Source: Guillardia theta CCMP2712 (taxonomy: Eukaryota; Protista; Cryptophyta). From it: a DNA stretch of 64,000 nucleotides. The notes below the pieces were generated by a model, which saw only the letters and a program-made list of their open reading frames with translations, was not told the DNA's origin and did no database searches. Positions 50,560 to 63,254 of the stretch are shown one piece after another (the stretch's first letter is position 1; every line of letters starts with the position of its first letter). A program made the translations under genes and the position numbers. The stretch spans positions 83,252 to 147,251 of the forward strand of contig NW_005434662.1 in the NCBI RefSeq assembly GCF_000315625.1, in the 5' to 3' direction.

Positions 50560-52800
50560 CTGCTCCTGCTGCCCTCATTGTCCTCTCCTCACCCCTAGCG
50601 TGAGTTATCTTCGTCGTGCCTCCTGCCTCCACCTTCACTGTTTGGTCGATGGCAACCTTCCTTCTCTCCCACCCCTTTATCATGTCAGTTGAACCCCCTC
50701 ACCTCCTCTCTCCTCTAGCTCCCTCCTCTCCTCCCTTCCCCTCTCGATCCCCGGAGCTTCTCCTCGTCTCCTCCCACCTGATTCGGCGCAGAGGAGTGTT
50801 GGCGTCTGCGTTCTTGAGAACCTTCAGGGGGCGTGAGCCGCCGGAGGGAGGGAGAGACGAAGTAGAGGAGCGAAGAGCGAGGGGATGGGGGGAGGACAGA
50901 AACTTGAGAGAAGTGCGGGAAGGAGGAAGACTGGGAAGTGGATGGGGGAGGCTGAGGGCAGGGAAGGAGGAGGGAGGGGGAAGGAGGAGGTAGAGGGCAG
51001 ACAAGGAGAGAGGAGGGAGGAGGGAGGAGGGAGGAGGGAGGAGGGAGGAGGGAGGAGGGAGGAGGGAGGAGGGAGAGGAGAGCCTCGGACCTTGGGCGCT
51101 CGCATGTGATCCAACATGGTTTTTGACTTGGCTCTTGCAACCTGAACCTCTTCAGCCCACATCACATCCTCCTCTTGCTCCTCTTGCTCGTCCTCCCTCG
51201 CCTTCTTCCAACAGCTCCCACTCCTTCCTCCTTCACCTGGAGCGTCTGGTCTGAGTGTAAGAGGACGATATTCCTGCATGCCTGAGTGAGAAGGACAGGA
51301 ACAAGACGGAAAGAGGAGGAACAAGGGAGCCTTGACGTCCACAACAAGGAGGATGGAGGAAGAAGGTGGGGGGCTGAGAGGGGTGGAGAGGGAGCGTAAG
51401 GATAGATGGAGGGATTTACCTCAACTCGTTGGTTGAAAGATTGCAGCCATAGTGAGGATAAGATCTGCGAAGCGATGAGAGTAGGCGAAGAGGAAGCGAG
51501 CGCGAAAGAGGAAGGGAGGNNNNNNNNNNNNNNNNNNNNNNNNNNNNNNNNNNNNNNNNNNNNNNNNNNNNNNNNNNNNNNNNNNNNNNNNNNNNNNNNN
51601 NNNNNNNNNNNNNNNNNNNTTGGTCTTGGAGAACCAGTGGAGGATGTGGAGGATGACTCGCTCACGGCTGAGGCCGCAGGGGACCTGAGGGGAGGGAAGA
51701 GAGTCAGGGAGCTAGAGATCCAATATGAAGCGAAAGAGGAGAAGGAGAAGGGGAGGAGGAGGGGGAGCGGGAGGCAGAGGAGGAGAAAACCTCAATGTAA
51801 TCGTCTCCTCCCCCTGCTATTGTCAGAAAGTCGTCCACCGATTGCCACTTTCCCTCCCAGAGGAGAGCAACCAGTGCTTCTGACCGGCCAACACAGCAAT
51901 CCTGCCGAATGCGTCAGGTAGGAGGTGGAGGAGGAGGAGGAGGAGGAGGAGACCTGTGCTGAGCAGAAGACCACGCTGACAGCAGGGAGACCTCCGAAGA
52001 GATTGAGAGCTTGCGTGCGACTTTGCACTGTGTTGCCTCCGATGATCTGGAAGGGAGAGATGGTGAGCGGCGGAGAAGGGAGCAGGGGAAGGAAGAGGAC
52101 ACAAACAGCTGGATAAGGGAGGAGGGGGAAGGAGACGGAAAAGCAAGGGTAACGACGAGGGGAAAGAGCGTGTGGGAGGAGGAGAGCAGGGGGAGGGAGG
52201 GAAGAGCAGGTTCAAGTTCACCAAGGGAGCAACGTGCTGCCTGCTGACGGTCTGTGTAGTTCCGCACTGCCAGCACCTGACATCGCAGCCCTCGCAGACA
52301 TCCTCGGGAATTTCCTTTCCTGTCCACTGGTGAGGACGAGGAGGAGACGGGGAGAGAGGGAGTGTGTGGAGATGATGATGATGGTGATGATGATGAGGGG
52401 AAGGGAGGGAGAGAGGTGGAAGGAGATCGATGCTGTAAGGAGAGGAGAGGAAGGGAAGAGATCGGGCAGAACGATGAGGAAACGATGGACATCTACCAGT
52501 GAATCCTGTGAGAAAGAAAGCAGAGGGGATGGGGATGTGTTGAGGAGGAGATTCCAAGAGTTCCAGGTGAGGAGGAGCAGAGCTGCAAGGAGGTCGTCTC
52601 GGAGTTGAAACCTGCAAGACCCTCAGGCTTGAGTACGAGGAGAGGAGCAAGCAAGCAAGCAAACGGACCGTCTCTCCTCTACTCTCCTTCTCCCTCGCCT
52701 CCCGCAAGCTCTGCTCCTCTCTTGCAAGCTTCGATGCTTTGCTGATCCTCTTGCTCTCCACCTCCTCATCCGTCAACGCCGCTCGTCCTCCCCACCCCTG
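50560..52800 (-). CDS. Uncharacterised multi-exon protein with a Cys-rich segment (possible zinc finger), interrupted by an assembly gap
   Basis: Exon-like blocks MTDEEVESKRISKASKLAREEQSLRE, IPEDVCEGCDVRCWQCGTTQT, VVFCSAQ and WAEEVQVARAK between GA/CT-rich introns. Confidence 0.45.
51011..51075. repeat. (GGAGGGA)n intronic heptanucleotide repeat
   Basis: Direct tandem repeat. Confidence 0.85.
51520..51619. other. Assembly gap (100 N)
   Basis: Run of N flanked by GA-rich sequence. Confidence 0.99.
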
Positions 52801-52895
52801 AATCGATCGTGCTGCTCCTTCACTCCTCCTGCTGCAAGATCAACACAGGTGCAGACAAGTTGCGTCGGAGGCGAGTAGGATGAAGAAGTCTAGAA

Positions 52896-53019
52896 GGAGA
52901 GAGAAAGAGAGAGAGAGCGCGCGCGAGCGAGCGAGAGAGAGAGGGAGAGGGAGGGAGGGAGGGAGGGAGGGAGGGAGAGGGAGGGAGGGAGCGGAGAGAG
53001 AGGAGGAGGAGGAGGGAGG

Positions 53020-53060
<41 letters not shown>

Positions 53061-53128
53061 GGGAGAGGGAGAGGGAGAGGGAGAGGGAGAGGGAGAGGGA
53101 GAGGGAGAGGGAGAGGGAGAGGGAGAAG
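52896..53128. repeat. Compound purine microsatellite (GA)n/(GGGA)n/(GAGGGA)n
   Basis: About 230 bp of almost pure purine on +. Confidence 0.95.
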
Positions 53129-53289
53129 GACAGGAGGAGAGGCAACGACCAAGCTCCTGAGTTTTTCTTTTCCTCTTCTCGTTTCCCAGAAATGTTCCCG
53201 TTGCAGGAGATATTCTCGGTGTTTGCCCTTTGGTCGCAAGCTCTTCCTGCTCCTGCTTTCTCTCCCTCGCTCTGCGTTTCCCTTCCTGC

Positions 53290-54700
53290 CTTCCCGGCGC
53301 ATATGCGATCCTCAAGGATCTGAGAGCATAAACGAGGAAAAGAGCACTCAATCTCACGTCATGAATAAATTCTGCCATACACCTCTTCTCTCGTCCCCTC
53401 CTCCCCTTCCCACACCTTCCCTCCCCCCTGCTCTCAAGGTTCCCTTCTCTCAAAAGTCCTCCCCTCCCCAACACCACCATCACATCCCCATCTCGTCTCT
53501 TCACCTTGCGGCAGACGTTCAGGTCCATGTGCTTGTCCAGGATGTGCCTGGCGAGCTCTCAGCAAGAGGTTCTAGACCTCCTCCCTCCTCCTTCCTCACC
53601 TGATCTGAGAGCGAGAAAGAGCTGCAGGAAACTCAGCAACCAGCCGCGCTGTCCACCTGCTCTCAGTGCCATCACGTTGCATGTCTGCGGGGCAGAGCTG
53701 ATCTCGTTTTACCTTTCTCGAACGTTCTTGCATGAATCGCAAACCCCGTCATTCTGCGAGAGGGAGAATGCAGATCCCTGGCTCGACGGTTACACATGAT
53801 GACTCAGTCCACTAGTAACACCTTGCACTTCCTCTTCGAAGATGGAGATTGGTTCCATCGGCATCTTCAACATGTATCAGAGGTCTTACAAGACCGACTG
53901 GACTATCACCTGTTGTGAAAACTGATCTTCGAGCTCTCCGCCGCTCTTCCTGCTGCAAAAACGATCACCATCGATGGTCAAGGATGAAGTTGGATCAACC
54001 ACCATCAGACGAGCTTGTTTCCAGTCGAGCACTTGCTTGAGCCTTGTGAAAGTGCGACGTCTCGTCTTCTGATGAGTCGGAGAACGAAAACTCTCTCAGG
54101 ATAGAGCTGGCTACTGTAGAAAGGATCAACAAGTAATCCCTCCCTTCCCCCTCCCCCGTTCTCCCCCCTCCTCCTTCTCTGCCTCCAAGGAACCTGAGTC
54201 TGCTGTCAAGCTCTTGAGACCTGCGGCAGGAAGAGGTGAGCACAACACAAGGACCGCGATACATTCTCACCATCCTTCCTTCCAATCGAAGAATGGCTCC
54301 TGCTTGCATCATAGTTAGCGAACCTTTCAAGAGCTCTAGGTCAGACCTGGCTGCACCTCCCCCTGCTCTTCGTCTCCCTGCAGCTTCTCGCTCAGAGCAG
54401 CATGCCTCATGACGAGCATGCTCACCTGATAGTCCACCGGAGGAGGAGGAGGCAGAGAAAGGTCCATGATACATGATATCGTGCCTCTGAAACACACGAG
54501 GAGAGGCTGTCGGGAAAATGCCAAGTTGGAGAGCCTGGTTTTAGTTCCTGAATCCTTGGAGCATTCCAATGATAGCAAGGAGATACGGGATCTCAACTCT
54601 CTTCGCGAGATGTCCCCGCTACAGTCACCTGCTAGCCTGCTCGCCACGTCGGATTCAACGTACTGCCCGGATCCTCGCCAAGAGAAGGAGCAGGAGGGGA
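53290..54700 (-). CDS. Probable multi-exon gene, unknown product
   Basis: Coding-like blocks (SDLELLKGSLTMMQAGAILRLE, ELARHILDKHMDLNVCRK) with minus-strand splice signals. Confidence 0.35.
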
Positions 54701-54977
54701 CGTGGAGGTTACGAGCGAGAAAGAGAGTTGGCAAGGGAGAATGAAAGAGAAGATGGTTGTAAGGAAAGGCAACCTGTTTGTACAAGTCTGCTGTCACAAG
54801 TCGAAACTGTCGCGGTTGTGTTTGTTTTTTTCCTTGTTTTTTCCTTCACTGTAGCCAACGGCCTTCAGCAGGACATCTCAGGCTGAAATCAAAAGATTGG
54901 CAAGTAAAACGAAACGGGATGTATTGTAATTTTGATATTAGGAAAAATATTTCAAAAACTTCTGAAATGAGTTTTTC

Positions 54978-55325
54978 ACACCCCACCCTGTCAATTCCTT
55001 GGATTTCCTGTAGTTTGATGGGTACTATCCGTACCCCTACCCTCTTTGAGCCTTTTTGCGAAACCACAGATGATGGATAACCGTCCTTTGCGACCTGGAA
55101 GGTCAGAAAGCAGGGTGGGTGGGACATGGACCGGAGGTCTTCAAAAACAAGGGGTATGAGGTAAAGGGGGTTCAGTCTGGAACTTCTTGGGTGGGGGGAT
55201 ACAACATACTAAAATAGGGGTTTGAAAGTGGAAGTAGGGGTGGTATAAGGAATCAGGGACTGAAGGAGGGGTACTCTAGCGATGCGATGCGGATAGTCAC
55301 AGCTTTGGTGGGGGGTGGGTAGCAA
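54978..55325. other. ACCC-to-GGGT polarity-switch tract between divergent genes
   Basis: CACCCCACCC/TACCCCTACCC left of ~55090, GGGT words to the right. Confidence 0.6.
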
Positions 55326-55620
55326 TGATGATGATGAGGATTGATCGGAATGCACAGCAGGGAATGGAAGGACAGGAAGGAGAGGAGGAGCAACGCGAAG
55401 GGAGGGCAGGAGAGGAAGGAGGAGAAGAAGAGAACGTAGGGGGGAAAGCAAACGAAGACAACTTGGTCGATGTGGAGTGTGCATGAAAGAAAGGAACGCG
55501 CGGAGATATTGATATCCGTTTGATCGCCCCCCTTGCTGTTGTGGAACTGATATTCGTCGCGCAGATAATGCAGACAGTGTCATTCCATTGAAGTGAAGTG
55601 AATCTGCCGGTTGATACGAC

Positions 55621-58600
55621 ATGTCGAGTTTGTTCCAAGACTTTGCCAAGAAGGGTGAGGACTTTGACATGAACACAACTTCCTCACTTGTTCTCTACCA
55701 GCTACCATCTCTGCCAGCGCATGGAAAGACTCGCTGAAGCCCAACTTGAGCTCCTTGAAGCCCAACCTGGTGGCCTTCAAGGAGAAGGTGGGACACCATG
55801 GTGGTCGGCATGCAAACTAACGCAGCTCGCCTCAGTTCGGGGAGTTTGTTGCTGATGTACAAGAAGAATTAGGACGGGGCGATGACTTACGATACGAGTG
55901 GAACCGTCTGCAGGTGACCCCTTGCCGTCTTTCTTCTTCTCCTACTGCTCCATTCCCACGTCCTCCTCCCCTCCTCCTGCTGCTCCATCGCCGCGTCCTT
56001 CTTCTCGTGCCCTCCAGCTTGCTGTCTACTTTTGGGTTCCGCCTATACTTTCTCCTCTTTCCATCCTGCCACGCCTTCTTATCCCTGTCGACCTGTCACT
56101 GCCTTTCCATCCCCTTCCTCACAGCATCTGTCCCTTCCTCCTCCTACTTGCCTCACAAACTGCCAGACGTTCGTCGATTGGCCCCTAGACAAGCCGAGGC
56201 CGGCAGAGCTTGCGAAGGTGGGATAGGAAGACGAAGAGGATAGAGGGAAAAGGGGGAAGGGAGGGAGGAAGGGGAGAGGGGAGTTGGTTAAAGTTAGAGG
56301 GAGCAACTGAAGGCAAGGTGGTGCAGGCAGGATTTTTCTTCGTTCCTGCAGCAGACGCTCCTGATCGCTGCGCACACTTCTGCGCGGACAAGGTGGGAGA
56401 GGAAGGGAGAGGCGGCAGCCATTGACCTGCTGCTAGTTCTTCGCCTCCTGGGAGCCCGAAGATGATCCCTGGGAGGTAAGAGCGTCCGACTCGTCTGCTC
56501 CCTGTGAATCGGTTGCTGCTCAGGTCCTCTGCGCAAACTGCCCGGACTGTCCCTTCATTCATGGAGCGAGGTAATAGACGGGAGGGAAGGGTATCTGAGG
56601 GAGAAGGAGAGGGAAAGAGATGGACATCTGGGGAAAGAGGAGCACAAGGGAAGGGGAGGAGGTTGATGCCGGCATGATAAGAGGTTGTGTCAGTGGCAAC
56701 GTGCCCCTCCCCTCTGCGTACTCGAACTCAACGCAAGAAGGAGAGGAACCGCACAAGCGCAACGCCGTCGCGGAGTTGACAAGTTACCTATCGATGGCAC
56801 TGGAGGTAAGGGGCTGTGCGTGAGGGAAGCAGTATGTCTCTTGCAGTCCTTGCTGCCCTTTTCCCCTCTCCTCCCCTCCTCCCTCCTCCTCCTCATCGGG
56901 TCCATGCAGTGATCCTTTCGTCTCATCCTCGCGCTCCTCTACTTGCTTGTTGCCTGCGATTGTGTGATGCTGATCAGTGCGAGTAGAGGGCTGCCAAAGT
57001 TCAGACGAGCAAGGGAGAAGACACTGCTGAGGAGGAGGAGGAGGAGGAGCGAAGAGACCGCGCAGCTGTACGTCAGGTAAGGACGGCACTCCCTCTCAAG
57101 CTTCCTCACACGTGCTGGAAGTCGCCGAGGAGCAACCAGGCAGAGGAGACGCAGGGGATGGAGGCAGGTAGCCTTCAAGTGAAGAGCAAGGTGAGGGAGG
57201 GAGGAGGCGGAAGGAGGGGGGGGAGGGGAGGTAAGGCTGAGAAGGAGGTTGCAGGTGAAGCGCAAGACGAAGAAGTCGGGGAAAGCAAAGAGCTCTGATG
57301 CCGCTGAAGAGTTCCCGTCTGCCGTGCTGGGGACAGGAGAGGAGAGCGAAGGCGACACAACTCCCAGGACGATCCTGTCGAAGGAGGTGAAGTCTGAGAG
57401 CTTTTGCTGAGTCGTTCTGGACTCAATCATCCTTCTGCACACTATCAACTCGATCGTCTCCGCACCGTCTTCCTCGTTCTCCTCCACTGTCTCCTCCTTG
57501 CTCTTCGCTTTCAGCTTGTAGATATCCTGATGGTCTCTGGCAGGAATGGAATCATTTCAACATTCTCCTCTCCAACGCCGTCAAGTCGATGCAGTCTCGA
57601 TGGAACTCACAGATGACAACAGCAGACAACAAGCTTGACAACCTTAAAATCAAAGTCTCTGCCCCTTCTCTCTTTTCCCTTGCTCCACCTTCCCGCTTGC
57701 CGCTCCTTCTCTTCTGTCCCCTCTCATTCTCCTTGTTTTCAATTGCCCGGTTCTTCATTCATTCTAATGTGTTCCCCTCTTCCACCCTCCAGTCACTTGA
57801 CAGTCCTACAATCTTTGATACTTGAATTCGCTCCTCTGTCTTCTCCACGTCTCCCTTTGCTCGTCCCTTGACTTTGACGCTGCAGGTCCAATCGCTACAG
57901 AATCGCACAAGACTTGTTGCACGAGGCGACTGGCTGGAACCCAAGAGGAAGGAGGTTCTACTTCTCTGACCAGTGCTCCCTCCCCTCCTCCCTCCTGCCC
58001 TTCTCCCTCCTCCTTTCCTCTCCCTTCTGCATGTTTCCAGGCCTTATGTTGGATGCTGCAGGTCGAGGCGATTGATCGTGAGTGTGAGGAGAAGCGCAAA
58101 GTCTCTTCATCATTGCAGGAGGAGATCGAAGGGCTGCAGCGACAGGCATGCGAAGTCTACTCCTCCCTCCCTCCCTCCCTCCTCCTCCTCCTGCTCTCTT
58201 GCCTCCCCCCCTCCCCCACATCTCTCCTCCCCCCCTCCCTTCAGTGATGCTCTCGCAGGCGGAAGAGAATCGTAGGGAGCTCGAGCTTCTGAAGAACCAA
58301 GAGGCTCTCAAGGACGAATGGGACCGAAAGGTGATTGATCTCTCTCCGTCTCTCACCTCCTACCCTGCCTCCTCTCTTGCTTCCTTGCCCTTTCTTTCTT
58401 TGATTGCCTCCTCCTCTCGTCTTCCTGATTTACTTGAACACAGGTCCGAGAGGCTGTCGAGGAGGTGGAAGAGCTTCAGGACACCAAGGTTTCCCTTCTC
58501 CCTCCCTCGTCCTTCCCTCTTCCCGCTTGTTCATCAGCCAGCAGAGTCGATTGGAAGGAGAGATCTCCGAGCTCGAGGATCACAAGCAGGAGATGGTCGA

Positions 58601-60098
58601 CCAGGTGCTGCTAACGCACAACAAGTCCCGCTACCTCCTGATCCCTATCCTCTTCTACCTCTTTCCTTTATCTTGAAATATTCATATCTCGTACGTGCCA
58701 CTACCACCACCTCCTCTTCCTCCTCGACCTCTCCTTTCTCTCCCTCTTCCTTCCCTTCCCCCCCCCCCTATCCTTTTCCACTCACTCCTCCCACGCCTCT
58801 GCTCTCTCGATGTCTTTCGCCTGAATGCCCTCATGATCGTCACTGCAGGCTGAGTCGGACAAGGAGAGGATCCGCCAGGTAGCCTTCAGCTGAGCTGAGA
58901 AATATGTGACCTAGCGCAGGACATCACCAGCCTGAAAGCCTCGAAGAAGGAGGTTGAGGTAGGCAATGCGCACAGGAGATTAGCAGAAGGCAGAGGAGGA
59001 AGGACAAGAGGGGGAAGGATGAGGAGGAAGAAGAGGAGGGGAGGAAGAGGAGGAGAACCGGGGATGGGGGGGGCGGGGGGGCCGATGACGCGAGGAGGGC
59101 GAGTGACCTGGCGACAGAATCAGATGGTGGAGTTGGAGGAATCGATCCAGAGGAGGACCAAGGTGAGTCCGCCTCATCGTTTAGGCCGGAGGTGAACAGC
59201 TGGGCAGGAGCTGGAGATGTACGAGCAGAAGCTGCAGGACATCGGGAGGAGAGAGGTAACCCCTCCAGCTCGAGGCGTCGAGACGCTGAGAGACTGGCAG
59301 CAATCCGCGATATCCAAACAGACTGAGCTGGAGGAGAGGGAGAAGAGCGTGATGGCCAAGGAAGCAGACCTGCAGGCGAGGAGACTTCCACCTCCTCTAC
59401 CTCCACTACCTTCTCTACCTCCTCCTCTTCCTCCTCTACCTTCTCTACCTCCTCCTCTTCCTCCTCACCTTCTCTACCTCCTCCTCTTCCTCCTCTACCT
59501 CATCATCATCCTTTCTTCTCCTTACGAACTCATGCAGAGCCGAGAGCAGTGGGTGTTACAGAAGGAAGGTGAACAGCGAGCGGCCAAAGGCAAGAAATGA
59601 AGCAGATGATGAAGAAACAGAGATGGAGGAGGAGAGAGGGGAGAAGAGGAAAGGAGAAAAGAAACTACTTGCAAGCAGAATGGCACAAGAAAGGCGGTGT
59701 GCATTGTTAACCTTCCTATCTTGATTCATTTATCATTATTAAAGAGGAAACTTTTTCCAGCACAAGCAAAACTCGAAGCTGAAAGGAGAAGTTGGTACAT
59801 GTCAGGCGATGTATGCCTTGACAGCGAGGATGAAGTTGGTGAAGGTGAATCGTCCGTTCTGAGGCAGGTCAACTCGGCATCTGGCAACTTATCTTTCTCA
59901 CCTCATCCGCAAATTTCTTGCTCAGTTGCTGCACCTGGTCAACTACTCAGACACGGGAACTTGGTCTCAGACTCTTACTCGGCTGCTGTCGATCTTCTTC
60001 ACGCTGTCTATCTGAGCAAGAGCAAGATCGAGCGGGAACTCCTGAACCATAATGATACGAGTCGAAGTCAAGAAAGGAGACCTGCTTGTAGTCGTTGA
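55621..60098 (+). CDS. Long coiled-coil protein (golgin-like), multi-exon
   Basis: MSSLFQDFAKKA start; many short E/K/L/Q heptad exons (VEAIDRECEEKRKVSSSLQEEIEGLQRQ, SRLEGEISELEDHKQEMVDQ). Confidence 0.6.
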
Positions 60099-60149
60099 CT
60101 ATCTTGGTGTAAAGCGACCTTGTTCGCCGTGAGAGGTGCTGTGCTGAAA

Positions 60150-61552
60150 AAAAACGCACCTCAGATCATCTTGATCTTCTGCATCGTAGGAGAGCTGTAG
60201 ATGTCGTCATTCAACAACAACAGCAATGGATAGTTCTCAACCTTGATAACTGTCGGAGCTTTCTGTGACTCAAAATAAACAAATCAATGTCATAACACGC
60301 GAGTCAATACAGGCGTGTCTCACATTTTCGTTTGACTTGGTGGTTCCTTCCATCTTTTTCTTCTTGTCTGCCACAGCGAGATCCGCCTTGTCCCCGCATC
60401 AACAACGCCAGAAGAAGATTGGAACTCAACTCACAACAGCTGTTGTCAGCATCAGCCCAGCTGCACTTGCAAGCGCGACGTCGGTGAGATCCGCTGCATT
60501 CACATTCAGCGACATTGGACAAGCCAAGAAAACAAGATGCGAGCTAAGGGACAAGCAGCAGCATGGTGGGTCACCTGCAGCTGCAACTGCTCCCACAGCA
60601 AGGATGCCCGGCATGATTTTCCTCCCCTTCGTCAGCTGTCACCGGGTTGATTTTAAGAGAGCATTCCCTCTTACTTGCTCTACGATGGACTTTCCCTCTT
60701 CCATCACAGTTGTGGCGACTGATCGTGAAGCTTTGGTACAACTTCAGGATTAAGTGGACTACTTCGATGGGATACCTTGATATGTTCTGTTGGCAACGAT
60801 TTTTGCAAAGTCGAAACCCAGCTCAATCATTTCCTGCCTCGCACATGAACATGATGGTCTATGGAGCAGGATCGCCAAACAACCTGTGCTGGGTCCTTTT
60901 TGTCCACTGTCATAGGTTCCATGACGGCAATCGTGGAGTTCTGACCTTTGAAGTTGCTCAACCAGCGATTGCTTCTCTCTAACCAACATGCAGAAGCCCG
61001 ATCAGAATGTTGGAAGATCGACCGATTCTCACCATGCAGGCTGTCATACGCCTTTTTGCCTAGCAGCCGAGCATTTTCGTAGTGGGTTGTAAACGTTGCC
61101 AGCATTGTGCTGAGAAAGATTGTGATGGAATGCTTGATAAAAACCACGAAGCTTTCGATGGATGTAGTCAAAAATTTCAGGTTGATAGATACTCGTTCTG
61201 GATTTATCTGTAGGGTCAGGAAAACGCGTAAACCGTTTGAGAGTGGGACCGGAAGGAGAGACCTGGTCACTGACAATCTTTGCAAGCGAGATGTTTGAAA
61301 CAAGAGCTCTGGTTTTGCCTCTGAGATTCTCTACTACCCTGCGAAAGTCTTTCTTGAAGGACACGCTCGCCGAGCTCGACGCCTCTCTCTCCCTGATCCT
61401 CGTCATGACGTCATCCATGACATCCGGGAAATCTTCATCTGCGCATTCTCAGCTGTGAAGCAGCAGCTCTGGTCAGGAGGTTCGACCTTGCACGTATGAG
61501 TTTCTCGTGGCTTCAAGACTCCTGAAAGTTGATCTCGATGGCCTCCAGCATG
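60150..61552 (-). CDS. Probable multi-exon gene, unknown product
   Basis: Overlapping minus-strand ORFs 61044-61418 and 60827-61303 can be joined by an intron; further exon-like blocks to ~60150. Confidence 0.4.
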
Positions 61553-62154
61553 TCGCTCTTCCCGCCGGCGATCGTCCAACATGATGAAACAGACGCATGC
61601 CGGGAGAGGTGAAACTGCAAAGAGAGCTTCAGATGGATGAGGAACAGCAAAGACTGACTCGAAGATGATTCTAATGTGACAAGTTTATCTAACAGTGTAT
61701 CTCCTTCAGCGCATCACATGCAAACGGCTAGGAAACACTTTCATGTGACGTGTGCAAAGTTTTGTTGTACTCTTGTTCCATCACACGAAATATCAAGGGT
61801 CAAGTGCGATCTAATGAGATGAAAATAAAAAATCCAGTGTTCGACCAAGATGGCAGGAATGATTTGCATGAGGGTGGAAGGCGAGCAGGAATCAGCAATT
61901 CTGAGAATCGGTGGGAGCATACCACGAGCATCTTGTGAAGAGGCTTGTCATGGCTACCGCCATCATCATCGTCATCGTCGCCATTGCACTCTTGCTCTCC
62001 TTCATCTTCATCGCATCGTCGCAATTCGCCCCTTCAACTCCGAACACTGTCGGACGGTCACCACACCCTACTAGTACGCTACTCTTCACCCCTGTTCCTC
62101 ACCCTTCTAGTACCCCTCCCGACGAAACTCCCGCGCTGGGGCCCTACAAACATG

Positions 62155-62675
62155 ATGGGCCGCCGGCATCGGAAGCCTCCGAATGCCTCAGTGTGACTCC
62201 GGCGACCGTACTCGGAGTCACTGAGTCACAACTTAGTTCCGGCGCCCGGCCGGGCCCTGACTCGGCCCCGGAGGCCGCGCGAAGTTCCGAGTCACCGGGA
62301 GTCCCGGAGTGACTGTCACTGAGCCTACCGGCGTACCGTCGCTTCCGAAGTTCCGGAGAGGGGGCTTTCCTAGCCGTCTTGCTGATAGTAAGGTCCTCTC
62401 ATGTCAGGATGCTTGGGTTTCACTGACACGGTCAACATCAAGTCACTGAGCATACGCCACTGAGTCTGAGAGTCTATCTCTCATCATGTGTGCTCCTCGT
62501 ATCTGCGTGACTTTGGCACAGCCTGCAGTACAAGTCTAACAAACTTGTGCTCCGAGGCTCCGTCAGGCGACCACTCCTGCAGTGCCGCATTCACTCGCGG
62601 CGGCCAGGCCCGCCGCCCCGACGGGCCCGGGCCCGGCGGCCCACACTGCACTTGAACTGTTCGAGTGGTGGTGAC
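62155..62675. repeat. GC/palindrome-rich intergenic island 6
   Basis: CCGG, GAGTCA and CACTGAG words as in the other islands. Confidence 0.55.
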
Positions 62676-62678
62676 TGA

Positions 62679-63058
62679 GGGCCGTTTCCCGCCGGCTCCC
62701 AGATTCCAGATTTTTGACTTTATTCAAAATGATTTGAAATTTACCCCGAAATATTCACCGGTGCTTTCAATACATACTGACAGGGGGTGGGTCCACTGCC
62801 TGTTCATATTTCATGCTCCCAGCGTACCCTGCCTACCTTCTAACAATTTTTCTCGATTGAGCTAATAGTATATTTCCATATAGTGCCTGCCCATTCGAAA
62901 AGCAAAATCTGGGAAAGTCAACCGCATCGTTTCATTCTCAAATTAAAATGACTTATAGTTGAGTTCTCCAAAACATTTGGAGGAAAAAAAAGAAATTGAC
63001 TTATATTTGTATGAAAAAATCTGGAATCTGGAATCTGGGAGCCGGCGGGAAACGGGCC
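62679..63058. mobile_element. 380-bp non-autonomous DNA transposon (PIF/Harbinger, Tourist-like MITE)
   Basis: Left TIR GGGCCGTTTCCCGCCGGCTCCCAGATTCCAGATT; right TIR reverse complement GGCCCGTTTCCCGCCGGCTCCCAGATTCCAGATT; 3-bp TSD TGA at 62676-62678 and 63059-63061; AT-rich non-coding interior. Confidence 0.88.
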
Positions 63059-63254
63059 TGACTCTTGACGGTTGCCGCAGTTCTGACTCCTTGTTTTAAA
63101 GACATCGTGTTTTAAAATAGGTACGGAGGCTGACTTACAAAGTTTTAGAAATGCATATTCGGGACAAAGTTCAGTTTAAAAACAAATTTTGTTAGTGATC
63201 TGTACGGGACTAACTTTCTGCTATAAATTGTTGTATCTCAACTTTTAGTTGACA

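Noticed and set aside
51162-51921. ORFs spanning the N run
   Set aside because: Artefacts of the 100-N assembly gap
52820-53323. ORFs with poly-(ER) or poly-(SL)/(PL) runs
   Set aside because: Translations of GA microsatellites
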